Position numbers and translations under genes: made by a program | NCBI RefSeq assembly: GCF_000283555.1 | Contig: NC_016012.1 | Span: 1,050,001-1,082,000 of the forward strand | DNA from: Candidatus Arthromitus sp. SFB-rat-Yit | GTDB taxonomy: Bacteria > Bacillota > Clostridia > Clostridiales > Clostridiaceae | Direction of reading: 5' to 3' | Length of the DNA: 32,000 bases | Part shown: positions 10,101 to 19,311 of the stretch, one piece after another | Layout of the letters: each line of letters begins with the position of its first letter | How positions within the stretch are numbered: position 1 is the stretch's first letter | Notes under the pieces: model-generated | Database searches by the model: none | The model's input: only the letters and a program-made list of their open reading frames with translations | What the model was told of the DNA's origin: nothing

Positions 10101-10652
10101 TGGAAAAATCAAATTTCTATAATCGTTTGTATTTTTAAAAATTCCCGGTAAAATTTCATTTAAAGCATTGCACTGCTCAATAAATAAATATTTGAATAAT
10201 TCATCAGCCTTATTTTCACTTTTAAGTCTTAAAATATATTCCCTATCAACATAAAAATCCAAATCATCAAAATATGTAACTATATCAGGATCAATCTTAC
10301 TTCTATTTAAAGATGACAACACACGAATTCCAGATGGAATATAATTATTAATTTCCATAAATCTTATAGCAATTACACGATTAAACCAAGTATAGGCTCC
10401 CTCCTCAACAATAGAATCAAACCCTCTTTCATTGATTTTCCTAACTAAGATTTCTCTTTTCTCTATATCTTGTCCAAAAATTCTATATACCTTATCTTCC
10501 CCTATTTTAAAATCTTCATATTCATTACCATACCTTACACCTTCTTGTATGTAATCTTTGGTTATTCCAATTAAAAGTAACCTATCACTTACCTCCTTTA
10601 TTAAACTTTTTCTGGCCCAAATAGCAAAATTTTTAACTACATTTTTATTCAT
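7185..10652 (-). CDS. pglX: BREX-type PglX-like adenine-specific DNA methyltransferase, 1155 aa
   Basis: N-terminus MNKNVVKNFAIWARKSLIKEVSDRLLLIGI resembles PglX; ...FTPKWIVKYMVENSLGRF, SAM motif DPCMGSGHILVYAFD and catalytic VVTNPPYMSSRGMGEKL. ATG overlaps the brxC-like stop by 8 nt. Confidence 0.9.
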   Translation of the reverse strand: MNKNVVKNFAIWARKSLIKEVSDRLLLIGITKDYIQEGVRYGNEYEDFKIGEDKVYRIFGQDIEKREILVRKINERGFDSIVEEGAYTWFNRVIAIRFMEINNYIPSGIRVLSSLNRSKIDPDIVTYFDDLDFYVDREYILRLKSENKADELFKYLFIEQCNALNEILPGIFKNTNDYRNLIFPVNLSNENSFLRRIIDDIDEKYFFDNVEIIGWLYQYYITEKKDEIFKRLKQNIKISKENIPSVTQIFTPKWIVKYMVENSLGRFYIENSGESEFPVELKYFVDAEIGNADFKNILPKDIKIIDPCMGSGHILVYAFDLLFEIYKEYGYMESEIPYLIFENNLFGIDVDDRAYELAYFALMMKGRSKSRKFFKSRNIKFNLYPIIESNEIYESVLAKASILDNDKFCDVKYILDSFKDSKEYGSLLSVKKLDFDLIGDLVYPYLNEEELECMKNLINLSKLLSSKYHIVVTNPPYMSSRGMGEKLTLYLKENYPNSKMDLFSVFIERGFELTHDNGFNVMLTMQSWMFLYKFEKLRKSISDKNTIVSLLHMDNNVMSIAFGTSATIFKKKAIKDYEGVYNYIKYEDINASGEPFNFPISQNRNSKIKLRSFDDVPGSPINYWISERAREIFREHKPLKEYFEPKQGMATTDNKTFVRYWYELNKSDIEFCSKNHDDVKEIDKKWFPYNKGGDYRKWYGNNEYIIKYENAGENLINFVRSKYPRISDPEFVIKNRKYYFKKGITWSLFGFKNFGVRYKDYGFIFDVSGSSLFPDQKYEKYILAFLCSNVCFYLLSSIAPTVNFQIGNIGDLPIIINDLYLDDITRLANRNIYLCKKEWDFYETSWDFKTHPSIEFRISGRLRDSYENFYREIEIMFEEVKRNEEKMNIIFKEIYGFTDEVSHEVEDGNVSIRKIDEKKFVESFLSYFVGCVFGRYSLDYEKVIDNVDDIFKRSYRRFYPEKDNLVIISTEEYFGNDIYNLLLKFLEVIFDRECVDENLKFICTSLGFKSGSYRENIVNYFLKDFFKTHSKIYNKCPIYFEFCSGKNNGINALTYIHRFSKEDFLKFKINYLDVIEHKYEDEILKFENIYENEKFLKSKKYKETLILKLEECKKYNQMIKAVSEKSINIDLEDGISNIYEKLQMEGDFYNQNIFK

Positions 10653-13600
10653 TAATGGTTCCTCTATCTTTTAAAAATATACTTTCCATCTTAACCCCAT
10701 AGCTATCAAATAAACTAGTACATTTTTTAAGCTTCTCTTTTAAATCAATCAACAAACTTTCATCTATAAATTTTGAGATTTCACTATCTAAAAATTTACC
10801 AATAGATTTTATTGTTTGTTGCAAATATAAATTATGTACTTGATAAAAGTCATCAATATATCCTCTCAATTCTGCAATACTGCTATATAAAGATTCACTA
10901 TTTAAAATATTTTTAATTTTGAATGCACACTCACACACATCAATTTTATCAACAATAAAATTCTTATCCTTATCAAAAATTTCTACAACTGCAACACCTT
11001 TTTTAAATATTTCAAGTTGAACACTTGTATAAAAATTATAAACAAGTTCAAATTTATCAAACTTTCGTAATATATAATCCTCATCTATATCATGTAAATT
11101 CCCATCTTTAACCTGAAATGTAAAACTTTCAAATTTATTTATAAATTGAGTATTTAAATACACACCATTATTTTTTGAAATATTTTTAACCAACTTAATA
11201 CGGTGCAAAATCTCATTAAAATCATCACATGAACTTATCTTAAGTTCATCAAAAGTATTAACAAAATATTTTTTATCAAATATTTTTTCAAATAATTTTT
11301 TGTAAATATTAAATTTACATTTCTCTCCATAATCCAAAAAATTAATAATAATTTTATTTAAGCTCGATCTAGATAATATAAATTCTTCAAGTTTATTAAG
11401 ACTGTATTCACATGATAACTTTCCTTCTTTTACAAGATACAGAATGCCAAACAAAACATCATTTTTATTAAACCCATACGGTATTTGCTTAAAATGAAAA
11501 ATAACATCAGAAATGTTCATTTCTCTAGAATCTATCAAAAATTTCTCAAGTTCTTGTATAAATAGAGAATTACAATTTAATATTTCACTTAATATCTTAT
11601 TATTATTTAACGCTTCAACTATATCTCTCGGAGAATCCAAAATTTTATCAACATAAAACAATTTATTGAACCTACATGATATAAGTTCATTTAATGCTAA
11701 TCTAAAAATTTCATTTATGCTCGAGGAATTTTTACATAACATTTCTCCATTTACAAATATTTTGGAATTTTTAATCCCATCAAGTATCAAAACTTTAACC
11801 CTCTCTAAACGATTAAAATGTTCAATTTCCTTTTGATTAATAATTTCAAAAAATGATTCTTTATAAAAATCTTTATTATATTTCAAAAACTTATCTAACT
11901 TTAAATATAAGTTTATCTCTTCAATTAAATTTTTATCGTCATCTAAATAAACAATAACATTGTTTTCTATAATTGATGTTACTCTTATCAAATCCAAATT
12001 AAAATTCTCATCATAATTAGTCATAAGAATTTTAATTCCAATTAGATTTGACTTTGAAACTTTGTACTCCATATTATCAAACAATTGATTAATTCCAAAA
12101 TAATTCTTACCTCGATACTTAAATTTAGTAATTCCTATAATCTCATCAAATATTTCCCTACACAATAAATCATTTATATCGTGCGAATTAACATTGCTTC
12201 TAATAATTTTATAATTTATATCTCTCTCATTCTTCGATAAAAAATAAAATTTATCCCCATCTCTATTAACAAACCCCTCATTGATAAGTTTAGATAAAGA
12301 GTTTTTAACTTTATTTAACATACTCTGCTCTAAACTAATATCAGAAATAATTAATGATAATATAGTATCAATGTTCCCAACTAAATTCGGAACATATTTA
12401 ATAAGAAATAATACCTTTAATATATTGATATCAAATTCATCAAGCATCGTATAATCTTTCAAAATCAAAAATATGTACTGGTGATTATAATCAATGAAAT
12501 CACTAATCGCATCATAAAACATATAAAATGGAACAACACAATTAATATCATTATCTTTAAAATTAATTAATACTTTCTGAAAACAATTTATAAGACTTCT
12601 TTCACCTTTTGATATATCTCTGCTTATAACATTGTTTTTCATCATATAAAATATAATTTCTCTTAAAAGCTCAAGTTGATAAGGCAGAAAAGGATAATAC
12701 CTCATAAAACTATCTTTGTTTATACTATTTTGATTATTGGTAATACTCAATTCCGATCCAAACTTTGTCTTTATAAAGAATTTTTTCTCATCGTAAAATT
12801 CTTCTATCAAACTTTTAAACTCATCTTTCTTAACTAAAAGTCTATTACACAAAACTTCTCCTATATTAACACTCGATAAATAGAATTTATTTTTAAACCT
12901 ACTCTGTATTTTTGAAAAATCATATTTCTTATTACTTACCATGTCTAAAATATCAACATGACTTGTAACAATTACAAACGCCCTTCCTAAACATTTAATA
13001 GAAAGTTCTTCAACAATCGTTTGGAGATTTAAAATTTTATTTACATCATCAGCTATAAATTGTGAAACCTCATCTACCATAAATACAATGCTATGATCTT
13101 CACCATTTTTATTTAAGTAATCATTAACCTTCCGAGCAAAATTGTCAATATTCATCTTATAATTCTTCTCAATATTTAAAAAATACTCTTGTGCTACATC
13201 TAAACCAAAATTCTTACAAACACTTAACGCTTTAACTAACTGTTCATTATAAAAGTAAAACTTATCTCTTCCTTCCTCCCAACTTACATTTGAAATCTTT
13301 AAAAACTCTTCTTTAAAATCATCAAAAATATTTTCGTCAGATAATTGTTCCTCAAGTTCACATATAAATCCATAGCGAGAAGAAAACCCTCTCATAGCAT
13401 TAAACTCATTAACAAAAACATCAAGCATTGACTCCTCTTTAATATTTTTTGAATCTATATTGAAAATAATAACATCCTTAGAAATACCCGCTACAAATTC
13501 AAGTTCATTTTTAATTAATCCCAAGCACTCATTATTCTTAATTAATAAATCCAAATTAATTTTCTTAAGTATATAATACAAAATCTTAAGAAAATGTGAC

Positions 13601-13824
13601 TTACCACTACCAAAGAATCCTGAAATCCAAAATCCAATTGCATCATTTTTCATAACAAAAGAATTTTTATAAGTATCAATAAACTTTTCTATGTACCCAA
13701 AAATCTCCTGAGTAATAACATACTCATCTATCTCAACTATCTCTTTCCCTATATTTTCGGAAACTTTAACTACACTTTGTATATTCCTACCTACATCTTT
13801 AACAAAAATATCTTTGATAAACAT
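10645..13824 (-). CDS. brxC: BREX-type P-loop protein BrxC (PglY-like ATPase), about 1059 aa
   Basis: MFIKDIFVKDVGRNIQSVVKV N-terminus; Walker A WISGFFGSGKSHFLKIL; Walker B-like SIVFMVDEVSQFI. The track start (13836) is a TTG. The ATG at 13824 has a GGGG Shine-Dalgarno 6 nt upstream and is the better start. Confidence 0.88.
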   Translation of the reverse strand: MFIKDIFVKDVGRNIQSVVKVSENIGKEIVEIDEYVITQEIFGYIEKFIDTYKNSFVMKNDAIGFWISGFFGSGKSHFLKILYYILKKINLDLLIKNNECLGLIKNELEFVAGISKDVIIFNIDSKNIKEESMLDVFVNEFNAMRGFSSRYGFICELEEQLSDENIFDDFKEEFLKISNVSWEEGRDKFYFYNEQLVKALSVCKNFGLDVAQEYFLNIEKNYKMNIDNFARKVNDYLNKNGEDHSIVFMVDEVSQFIADDVNKILNLQTIVEELSIKCLGRAFVIVTSHVDILDMVSNKKYDFSKIQSRFKNKFYLSSVNIGEVLCNRLLVKKDEFKSLIEEFYDEKKFFIKTKFGSELSITNNQNSINKDSFMRYYPFLPYQLELLREIIFYMMKNNVISRDISKGERSLINCFQKVLINFKDNDINCVVPFYMFYDAISDFIDYNHQYIFLILKDYTMLDEFDINILKVLFLIKYVPNLVGNIDTILSLIISDISLEQSMLNKVKNSLSKLINEGFVNRDGDKFYFLSKNERDINYKIIRSNVNSHDINDLLCREIFDEIIGITKFKYRGKNYFGINQLFDNMEYKVSKSNLIGIKILMTNYDENFNLDLIRVTSIIENNVIVYLDDDKNLIEEINLYLKLDKFLKYNKDFYKESFFEIINQKEIEHFNRLERVKVLILDGIKNSKIFVNGEMLCKNSSSINEIFRLALNELISCRFNKLFYVDKILDSPRDIVEALNNNKILSEILNCNSLFIQELEKFLIDSREMNISDVIFHFKQIPYGFNKNDVLFGILYLVKEGKLSCEYSLNKLEEFILSRSSLNKIIINFLDYGEKCKFNIYKKLFEKIFDKKYFVNTFDELKISSCDDFNEILHRIKLVKNISKNNGVYLNTQFINKFESFTFQVKDGNLHDIDEDYILRKFDKFELVYNFYTSVQLEIFKKGVAVVEIFDKDKNFIVDKIDVCECAFKIKNILNSESLYSSIAELRGYIDDFYQVHNLYLQQTIKSIGKFLDSEISKFIDESLLIDLKEKLKKCTSLFDSYGVKMESIFLKDRGTINE

Positions 13825-13840
13825 ATTACACCCCAAAAAA

Positions 13841-13880
13841 TAGCAACCTATAATTCAAAGAAATAAATTATAAGTTGCTA
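13841..13880 (-). terminator. Intrinsic terminator of pgi
   Basis: Minus strand TAGCAACTTATAATT-(10 nt)-AATTATAGGTTGCTA (15-bp arms, one mismatch) followed directly by TTTTTT. Confidence 0.8.
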
Positions 13881-13895
13881 TAAAATCTTTTTTAA
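13867..13895 (-). promoter_or_regulatory. Candidate brxC-pglX promoter embedded in the pgi terminator
   Basis: Minus strand TTAAAA (13890..13895)-N17-TATAAT (13867..13872); the -10 lies in the 5' arm of the terminator. Confidence 0.45.
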
Positions 13896-15248
13896 TTACA
13901 ATCTTTTTTCAAGTTCACTTTTCAAATCCTCAAATCCTTTCTTACCAAGAAGTGCAAACATATTTTTCTTATAATTCTCAACACCTTCCTGATTAAATGG
14001 ATTTACTGCAGACAAATAACCGCTTATTCCACAAGCCTTCTCAAAGAAATAGATCATATATCCTACATTGTAAGCATCTATCTTAGGTATAGTAACAACC
14101 ATATTAGGAACTCCACCATCCAAATGAGCAAGTAATGTTCCCGCAAAAGCTTTTTTATTAACAAAATCAACTGTCTTACCACTTAAATAATTAAGACCGT
14201 CAATATCCCCATCCATATTTTTAATCGTAAGATCTTTCAATGGATTTTCTACATTTATAACAGTTTCCATAATATTTCTCATTCCATCTTGGATATACTG
14301 ACCAAGTGAATGTAAATCAGTAGATAGGTTCACAGAAGATGGATAAATTCCTTTTTTATCCTTACCTTCACTTTCTCCATATAATTGTTTCCACCACTCA
14401 GAAAAGAAAGTAAGAGATGGTTCGTATGATGCCAAAATTTCCGTAGTATATCCTTTTCTATAAAGAATATTTCTTGTAGCAGCATATCTATAAGAATAAT
14501 TTTTCTCTAAATCATCACATTCAAAATCTTTTACAGCATCTCTAGCTCCTTGCATAAGGGCGTCAATGTCAACACCAGAAACAGCTATAGGTAAAAGACC
14601 AACTGGAGTTAATACAGAAAATCTCCCTCCAACATCATCAGGTATTACAAAAGTTTCATAACCTTCGCTATCAGCAAGACCTTTTAAAGCTCCTCTAGCT
14701 TTATCAGTTGTCGCAATTATTCTCTCTTTTGCTCCATCTTTTCCATACTTATCTTCTAAGAAACTCTTAAAAAATCTAAATGCAAGAGCTGGTTCTGTAG
14801 TTGTACCAGATTTAGATATAACATTTACATAAACACTTTTATCTTTAATAAGTTCTAATAAATCAATTAAATAGGTGGAACTTATGCTATTACCTGCAAA
14901 AAATATTTGAGGTGCTTTTCTCTTATCAGAACTTAAATAGTTAAAGAAAGTAGTATTTAAACATTCAATGCAAGCTTTCGCTCCTAAGTATGAACCTCCT
15001 ATACCTATAACTATCAAAACATCCGCATTATCCCTTATTTTTTGTGCCGTAACCTTAATTCTGTTATATTCTTCTTTATCATAATCATTTGGCAAATTTA
15101 CCCATCCCAAAAAATCATTGCCAGCTCCACTTCTATTTTTAATCAATTCATGGGCAAGCTTAACTTGGGGTACTATTAAATCCAATTCATCACTATTTAT
15201 ATAACTACCTAATTTTGAATCATCGAATTTCAATTTATCCATAGACAT
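13896..15248 (-). CDS. pgi: Glucose-6-phosphate isomerase
   Basis: 450 aa; [61 protein letters not shown]. Confidence 0.97.
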   Translation of the reverse strand: MSMDKLKFDDSKLGSYINSDELDLIVPQVKLAHELIKNRSGAGNDFLGWVNLPNDYDKEEYNRIKVTAQKIRDNADVLIVIGIGGSYLGAKACIECLNTTFFNYLSSDKRKAPQIFFAGNSISSTYLIDLLELIKDKSVYVNVISKSGTTTEPALAFRFFKSFLEDKYGKDGAKERIIATTDKARGALKGLADSEGYETFVIPDDVGGRFSVLTPVGLLPIAVSGVDIDALMQGARDAVKDFECDDLEKNYSYRYAATRNILYRKGYTTEILASYEPSLTFFSEWWKQLYGESEGKDKKGIYPSSVNLSTDLHSLGQYIQDGMRNIMETVINVENPLKDLTIKNMDGDIDGLNYLSGKTVDFVNKKAFAGTLLAHLDGGVPNMVVTIPKIDAYNVGYMIYFFEKACGISGYLSAVNPFNQEGVENYKKNMFALLGKKGFEDLKSELEKRL

Positions 15249-15277
15249 TTAATTACCTCCTTGAGATTCTCATAAAT

Positions 15278-15454
15278 TTATTTTAAGATAACTTTAGTTA
15301 AAAATAAAGTAAATAAAAAATAAATTAAAACTATAATAAATACAAAAGGCAAAATCGCCTTATAAGCTCCCTTAACAAGTAACCAAAAATCTTGCTTATC
15401 TATATCTATCTTCTTATTGATATCATCTTTTTTCTTATTTTTATTAAATAACAT
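15278..15454 (-). CDS. Small single-pass membrane protein, 58 aa (not in the ORF track)
   Basis: My translation: MLFNKNKKKDDINKKIDIDKQDFWLLVKGAYKAILPFVFIIVLIYFLFTLFLTKVILK*. Charged N-terminus followed by a hydrophobic segment; GAGG upstream of the ATG. Confidence 0.6.
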   Translation of the reverse strand: MLFNKNKKKDDINKKIDIDKQDFWLLVKGAYKAILPFVFIIVLIYFLFTLFLTKVILK

Positions 15455-15562
15455 AGTTAAACTTTATCCTCTTAATACACTAATACATTAATTATAATTT
15501 TTAGATATAAAAAAAACAATAAAAAGCGTTAATAAAACAACTTATTTATTGTTTCCTAAAAA

Positions 15563-16204
15563 TTATATAATATCTATTACACTCAAAACATTTTTACAAT
15601 TAATATTAATGGTTTTATCTACTCCCTCTATCTTTCGTATATACCTACCATTTAATAAAACATTCCAAGATAAATCAGTATTCAAAACAATTTCACTCAT
15701 GTAAGACTTTATATTACAATCAACAATTTGATTATACATAATATCTGCATTAGAAAAATCCAAACTAATATTCGATACGAATGAAACCACGTTTATGTTT
15801 GAAAGATTTCGTGAAACACCATTAATGTGCAGTGTAGAAAACACTTCTTTTATATAAACCTTATCTCTACTATCTTTAAATACTCCTTTTTTATTGGTAA
15901 ATACTTTCGATTTCACACAGAGCAAATAAATTCCATAGCCTAAAAATGCTAATGCCAATATAAAATATAAACTAATTCCAGAAAATAAAGCAATCATACC
16001 TATACCAAATATGATAAATACCTTACCCACACTATTTGTATACCTATCTTTCAAAAGTGTGATACCATTATAAACAAGCAAAATTGAAGCTATATAAATT
16101 AAAACCCTGAAACTACTAAGCATCCTTACTCCACCAATTAGTAAAATAGCTCCAATAACTAAAAACAATATCCCTTTTAAAAAATTACTATCCTTCGAAA
16201 ACAT
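15563..16204 (-). CDS. Membrane protein, LiaF-like architecture (N-terminal TM helices plus beta-rich C-terminal domain)
   Basis: 213 aa; GILFLVIGAILLIGG...IASILLVYNGITLL, then VFSTLHINGVSRNLSNINVVSFVSNISLDFSNADI.... Family assignment is tentative. Confidence 0.6.
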   Translation of the reverse strand: MFSKDSNFLKGILFLVIGAILLIGGVRMLSSFRVLIYIASILLVYNGITLLKDRYTNSVGKVFIIFGIGMIALFSGISLYFILALAFLGYGIYLLCVKSKVFTNKKGVFKDSRDKVYIKEVFSTLHINGVSRNLSNINVVSFVSNISLDFSNADIMYNQIVDCNIKSYMSEIVLNTDLSWNVLLNGRYIRKIEGVDKTININCKNVLSVIDII

Positions 16205-16238
16205 ACAATCCCTCCTACATATGATCGTATAACTAAAC

Positions 16239-17420
16239 TCACTTATTCTTCTTTAAATTCGTACCTCTAAACTTAATAACCTGTTTATTAATACTAATAT
16301 TTATAAATATCAATATAACTATCGTAATTAACATTATTAATGAAGCAAATATATCTTTATATAAAATAAAACTACTCTCTGTAATTACCACAAATGGAGC
16401 GAAAAATGGAATGCATACTAATATATTTTTAAAATAATTATTAGGAAACTGTAAATTAAGCATCGACAAAAAATACCCAATAGAAATCAAAAACACAATT
16501 GGAATTATTCCTAACGATAACTCTTCAATCTTATCAATCACACTTCCTATAAAAACAAATAATAAACCATATATCATAAATCCCAATACAAAATACGATA
16601 TATATTTTAACACAAATAATCCATCAAATACTATAATTTCTTTAATTAATGGGAAATACTTATTACTCATCATTCCTGTTATTAAAAATAAAATAATTAT
16701 AAAGTATATCAGTTGTATCAGAGCAGCCAACAAATAACCAAATAATTTTCCTAATATAATTGTTGAAAATTTAACTTTAGTTATAAATATATCCATTATT
16801 TTTGAAGTTCTCTCTATGTTTACATTCATAGATATAAACTGTCCATATAATATAAAAATCATGTAAATAAATATTGTTAATAAAAAAGGATACGTGTAGT
16901 TCTTTATAATCCCTATGACTTTATTTTTAAATAGACTAAGAGATTCAACATTATAATTTGGATAACTTATATTCAAATCAGAATTTTGGTTTAAAATGTA
17001 TCTATCTAATATAAATTTAATTTCAGGATAGTTCTCTTTTGTGAAAATATTAATCTCTGATTTGGAAACTACATCTATGTATCCGTCAATCCCACCATTA
17101 TATAGCTTCTCTTTAAGTTCATCTTCTTTAACTCCTTTATCAACCAATTTAACATAATAGTTATTGTCCAAACTCTTCTCAATACTTCTTATATATAAAT
17201 TCAATTCCAAATCATCTTTAAAAATATAATTTTTAGGATCAGATATATAAATCAAATATTCACTTTTATCTTTTGATATAAAATTAAATTTTATAATTAG
17301 ATCTGGCAAAATTGATACAATTATAATTAAAAGAGATATTACCAAGGTAGATATCTTGAAAAAATTTCTACCAATAATATCTCTAAAATTGTAAGCAGCT
17401 ATTATGAAAAATTTGTTCAC
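16239..17420 (-). CDS. ABC-2 type transporter permease (NatB-like)
   Basis: 393 aa; long extracellular loop, then several TM segments with MNVNIERTSKIMDIFITKVKFSTIILGKLFGYLLAAL. Confidence 0.8.
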   Translation of the reverse strand: MNKFFIIAAYNFRDIIGRNFFKISTLVISLLIIIVSILPDLIIKFNFISKDKSEYLIYISDPKNYIFKDDLELNLYIRSIEKSLDNNYYVKLVDKGVKEDELKEKLYNGGIDGYIDVVSKSEINIFTKENYPEIKFILDRYILNQNSDLNISYPNYNVESLSLFKNKVIGIIKNYTYPFLLTIFIYMIFILYGQFISMNVNIERTSKIMDIFITKVKFSTIILGKLFGYLLAALIQLIYFIIILFLITGMMSNKYFPLIKEIIVFDGLFVLKYISYFVLGFMIYGLLFVFIGSVIDKIEELSLGIIPIVFLISIGYFLSMLNLQFPNNYFKNILVCIPFFAPFVVITESSFILYKDIFASLIMLITIVILIFINISINKQVIKFRGTNLKKNK

Positions 17421-18311
17421 CTATAAATCACCAGCCGTATCCAAAAAAATTTCATGTAATGATTTATATTTTAAACCAAAATTAAAAATCTTAACCCTGT
17501 TAGAATACAAAATATTTAATATATCACTTGTAATATTTTCATTTAATATATTTATCTCATAAACATTTCTATTTTTTGTTATTCCTTTGACTCCATATAT
17601 ATTTAAATTCGGTAAGTTACCATCTATCTCGAGAACCAGTTTATTCCTACCATATGATTTTTTAATGTTCATCAAGTTACCTTCAATGGCTTGAGCCCCA
17701 TTTTTAAAAATAGATATTCTATCACAAAATTCTTCTATATAATGCGTCTGATGAGTACAAAATATAATATATTTCCCCCTATTTACAAGTTCAGTTACTA
17801 TATTTCTTAAAATTTCAGAATTAACTGGATCTAATCCACTAAATGGTTCATCAAATATCAAGATATCTGGATCATGAATTATCGTTGAAATTATTTGTAC
17901 CTTTTGTTGATTCCCTTTAGATAAAGTTTCTATTGGCTTTTTCACATATTCCTCTAACTGAAACCTCTCCAACCAATAATTAATTTTACTTTTTGATTCC
18001 TTAACATCAAGCCCCGATATTCTTGAAAAATAAAATAAATTATTCCATACCGTACTCTTATAATAAAGACTCTTTTCCTCTGGTAAATATCCTATCTTTT
18101 CTCGTATAACATCTAAATCATTATTTTTAAATAACACCCGACCACTATCTTTAGATATTATATCTAAAATTATTTTTATGGTAGTAGTTTTACCCGCACC
18201 ATTTCTTCCCAATATACCATAAACTTTTCCAGCCTCAACCTCAAAATTAACTTTATCTACAACTTTTTTATCAAAATAAGATTTATTTAAATCTATAACT
18301 TTCAAACTCAT
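17421..18311 (-). CDS. ABC transporter ATP-binding protein (NatA-like)
   Basis: 296 aa; GRNGAGKTTTIKIILDI, LSKGNQQKVQIISTIIHDPDILIFDEPFSGLDP; abuts the permease gene. Confidence 0.95.
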   Translation of the reverse strand: MSLKVIDLNKSYFDKKVVDKVNFEVEAGKVYGILGRNGAGKTTTIKIILDIISKDSGRVLFKNNDLDVIREKIGYLPEEKSLYYKSTVWNNLFYFSRISGLDVKESKSKINYWLERFQLEEYVKKPIETLSKGNQQKVQIISTIIHDPDILIFDEPFSGLDPVNSEILRNIVTELVNRGKYIIFCTHQTHYIEEFCDRISIFKNGAQAIEGNLMNIKKSYGRNKLVLEIDGNLPNLNIYGVKGITKNRNVYEINILNENITSDILNILYSNRVKIFNFGLKYKSLHEIFLDTAGDL

Positions 18312-18314
18312 AAT

Positions 18315-18839
18315 CTACTTCTTTGTAATGTCAATTCCGTAGTTGTCTTTATAATAATTAATTATGTAATTCTCTGCCTCTGGAACTTCAACATTTTGGA
18401 ATTCATCTCTCTTTTCAGTCAAATGCTTTTGAGTTTGTTCATTCTGTTTAGCATGTTTATTTGACATTTCTCTAAAAGCAGCTGTTTGTAAAATACCACC
18501 TACAACTCCTATTACAAGCATACCTCCAGAGAAAATACTAGCAGCGGTAATAGCTCTATTAAATGGATGATTTTGCTTTTGTGAATCAATAGTTCTTTGT
18601 TGTTCTAAATTAGTAAGTCTTTGATTCAAACTATTAACACTTACGCTTGATTGCAATGTAGAACTAACTGTTCTCACGTTAGAAACTTGATTCCTAACTA
18701 ATGAAGAAGCTACACTGCTAACTCTTCCAACCACTGCATTCGCATTAACCATACTAGCACTTAAAACACACAAATTTGCTAAAGACAATATGGCTATAGA
18801 ATTTCTCTTATTTAATTTAAATTTACATACATTACCCAT
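18315..18839 (-). CDS. Small exported or membrane protein of unknown function (twin 1), 174 aa
   Basis: N-terminal signal-like segment ending near NANA, glycine-rich TM IFSGGMLVIGVVGGIL, charged C-terminus. Lies 3 nt upstream of the ABC ATPase gene. Confidence 0.7.
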   Translation of the reverse strand: MGNVCKFKLNKRNSIAILSLANLCVLSASMVNANAVVGRVSSVASSLVRNQVSNVRTVSSTLQSSVSVNSLNQRLTNLEQQRTIDSQKQNHPFNRAITAASIFSGGMLVIGVVGGILQTAAFREMSNKHAKQNEQTQKHLTEKRDEFQNVEVPEAENYIINYYKDNYGIDITKK

Positions 18840-18843
18840 TTAT

Positions 18844-19311
18844 TTATCCTCCAATACTAAATCCCGGTTTTACTTCTTGGTTACTCTCCGGTTTACTTAT
18901 TGGATTTTTATACTTATCAGGCATAGGTACTCCCCAGCTATCAAATAAATTCTTCATGTACTTTTCACGCTCATTATAAAACGCATCATGTGTGTTCTGA
19001 AGAATCGTATGATTCACTTTTTCAGCTTCATTATACTGAAGTTGAGTTAAAGTCATTCCAACAATTGTACCAACACCAGCAATAACAGAAACTGCGAAAC
19101 CAAAACCTCCAATTACTTTCTCTCTGCTACTCAATGTATATCTAAGATTCTGAGCTTGAACTCTAGATACTGTAGTAGCCGCTCCCGCTGCCCTTCCAAT
19201 AGATGCATGAACTTCTTGACCCTGACCTGCTAAAATATTAAATGATATGGGCCCTGCAACTAGTGTGCCAAGCATATATTTTACTAATTTCGCCTTCTTT
19301 CTATGTAACAT
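18844..19311 (-). CDS. Small exported or membrane protein of unknown function (twin 2), 155 aa
   Basis: Signal-like segment ending near VHA, then IGRAAGAATTVSRVQ, TM GGFGFAVSVIAGVGTIVGM and charged C-terminus. Same layout as the 174-aa neighbour; AGGAGG-like Shine-Dalgarno sequence. Confidence 0.7.
   Translation of the reverse strand: MLHRKKAKLVKYMLGTLVAGPISFNILAGQGQEVHASIGRAAGAATTVSRVQAQNLRYTLSSREKVIGGFGFAVSVIAGVGTIVGMTLTQLQYNEAEKVNHTILQNTHDAFYNEREKYMKNLFDSWGVPMPDKYKNPISKPESNQEVKPGFSIGG

Noticed and set aside
9951-10151. Plus-strand 66-aa ORF within pglX as a possible regulatory or antitoxin gene
   Set aside because: Antisense to conserved pglX coding sequence with no recognisable product.
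15346-15361. AAGGC-AAAATC-GCCTT hairpin as a terminator
   Set aside because: Only 5-bp arms, within a plausible small membrane ORF and a weak T-tract; not supported as a separate feature.
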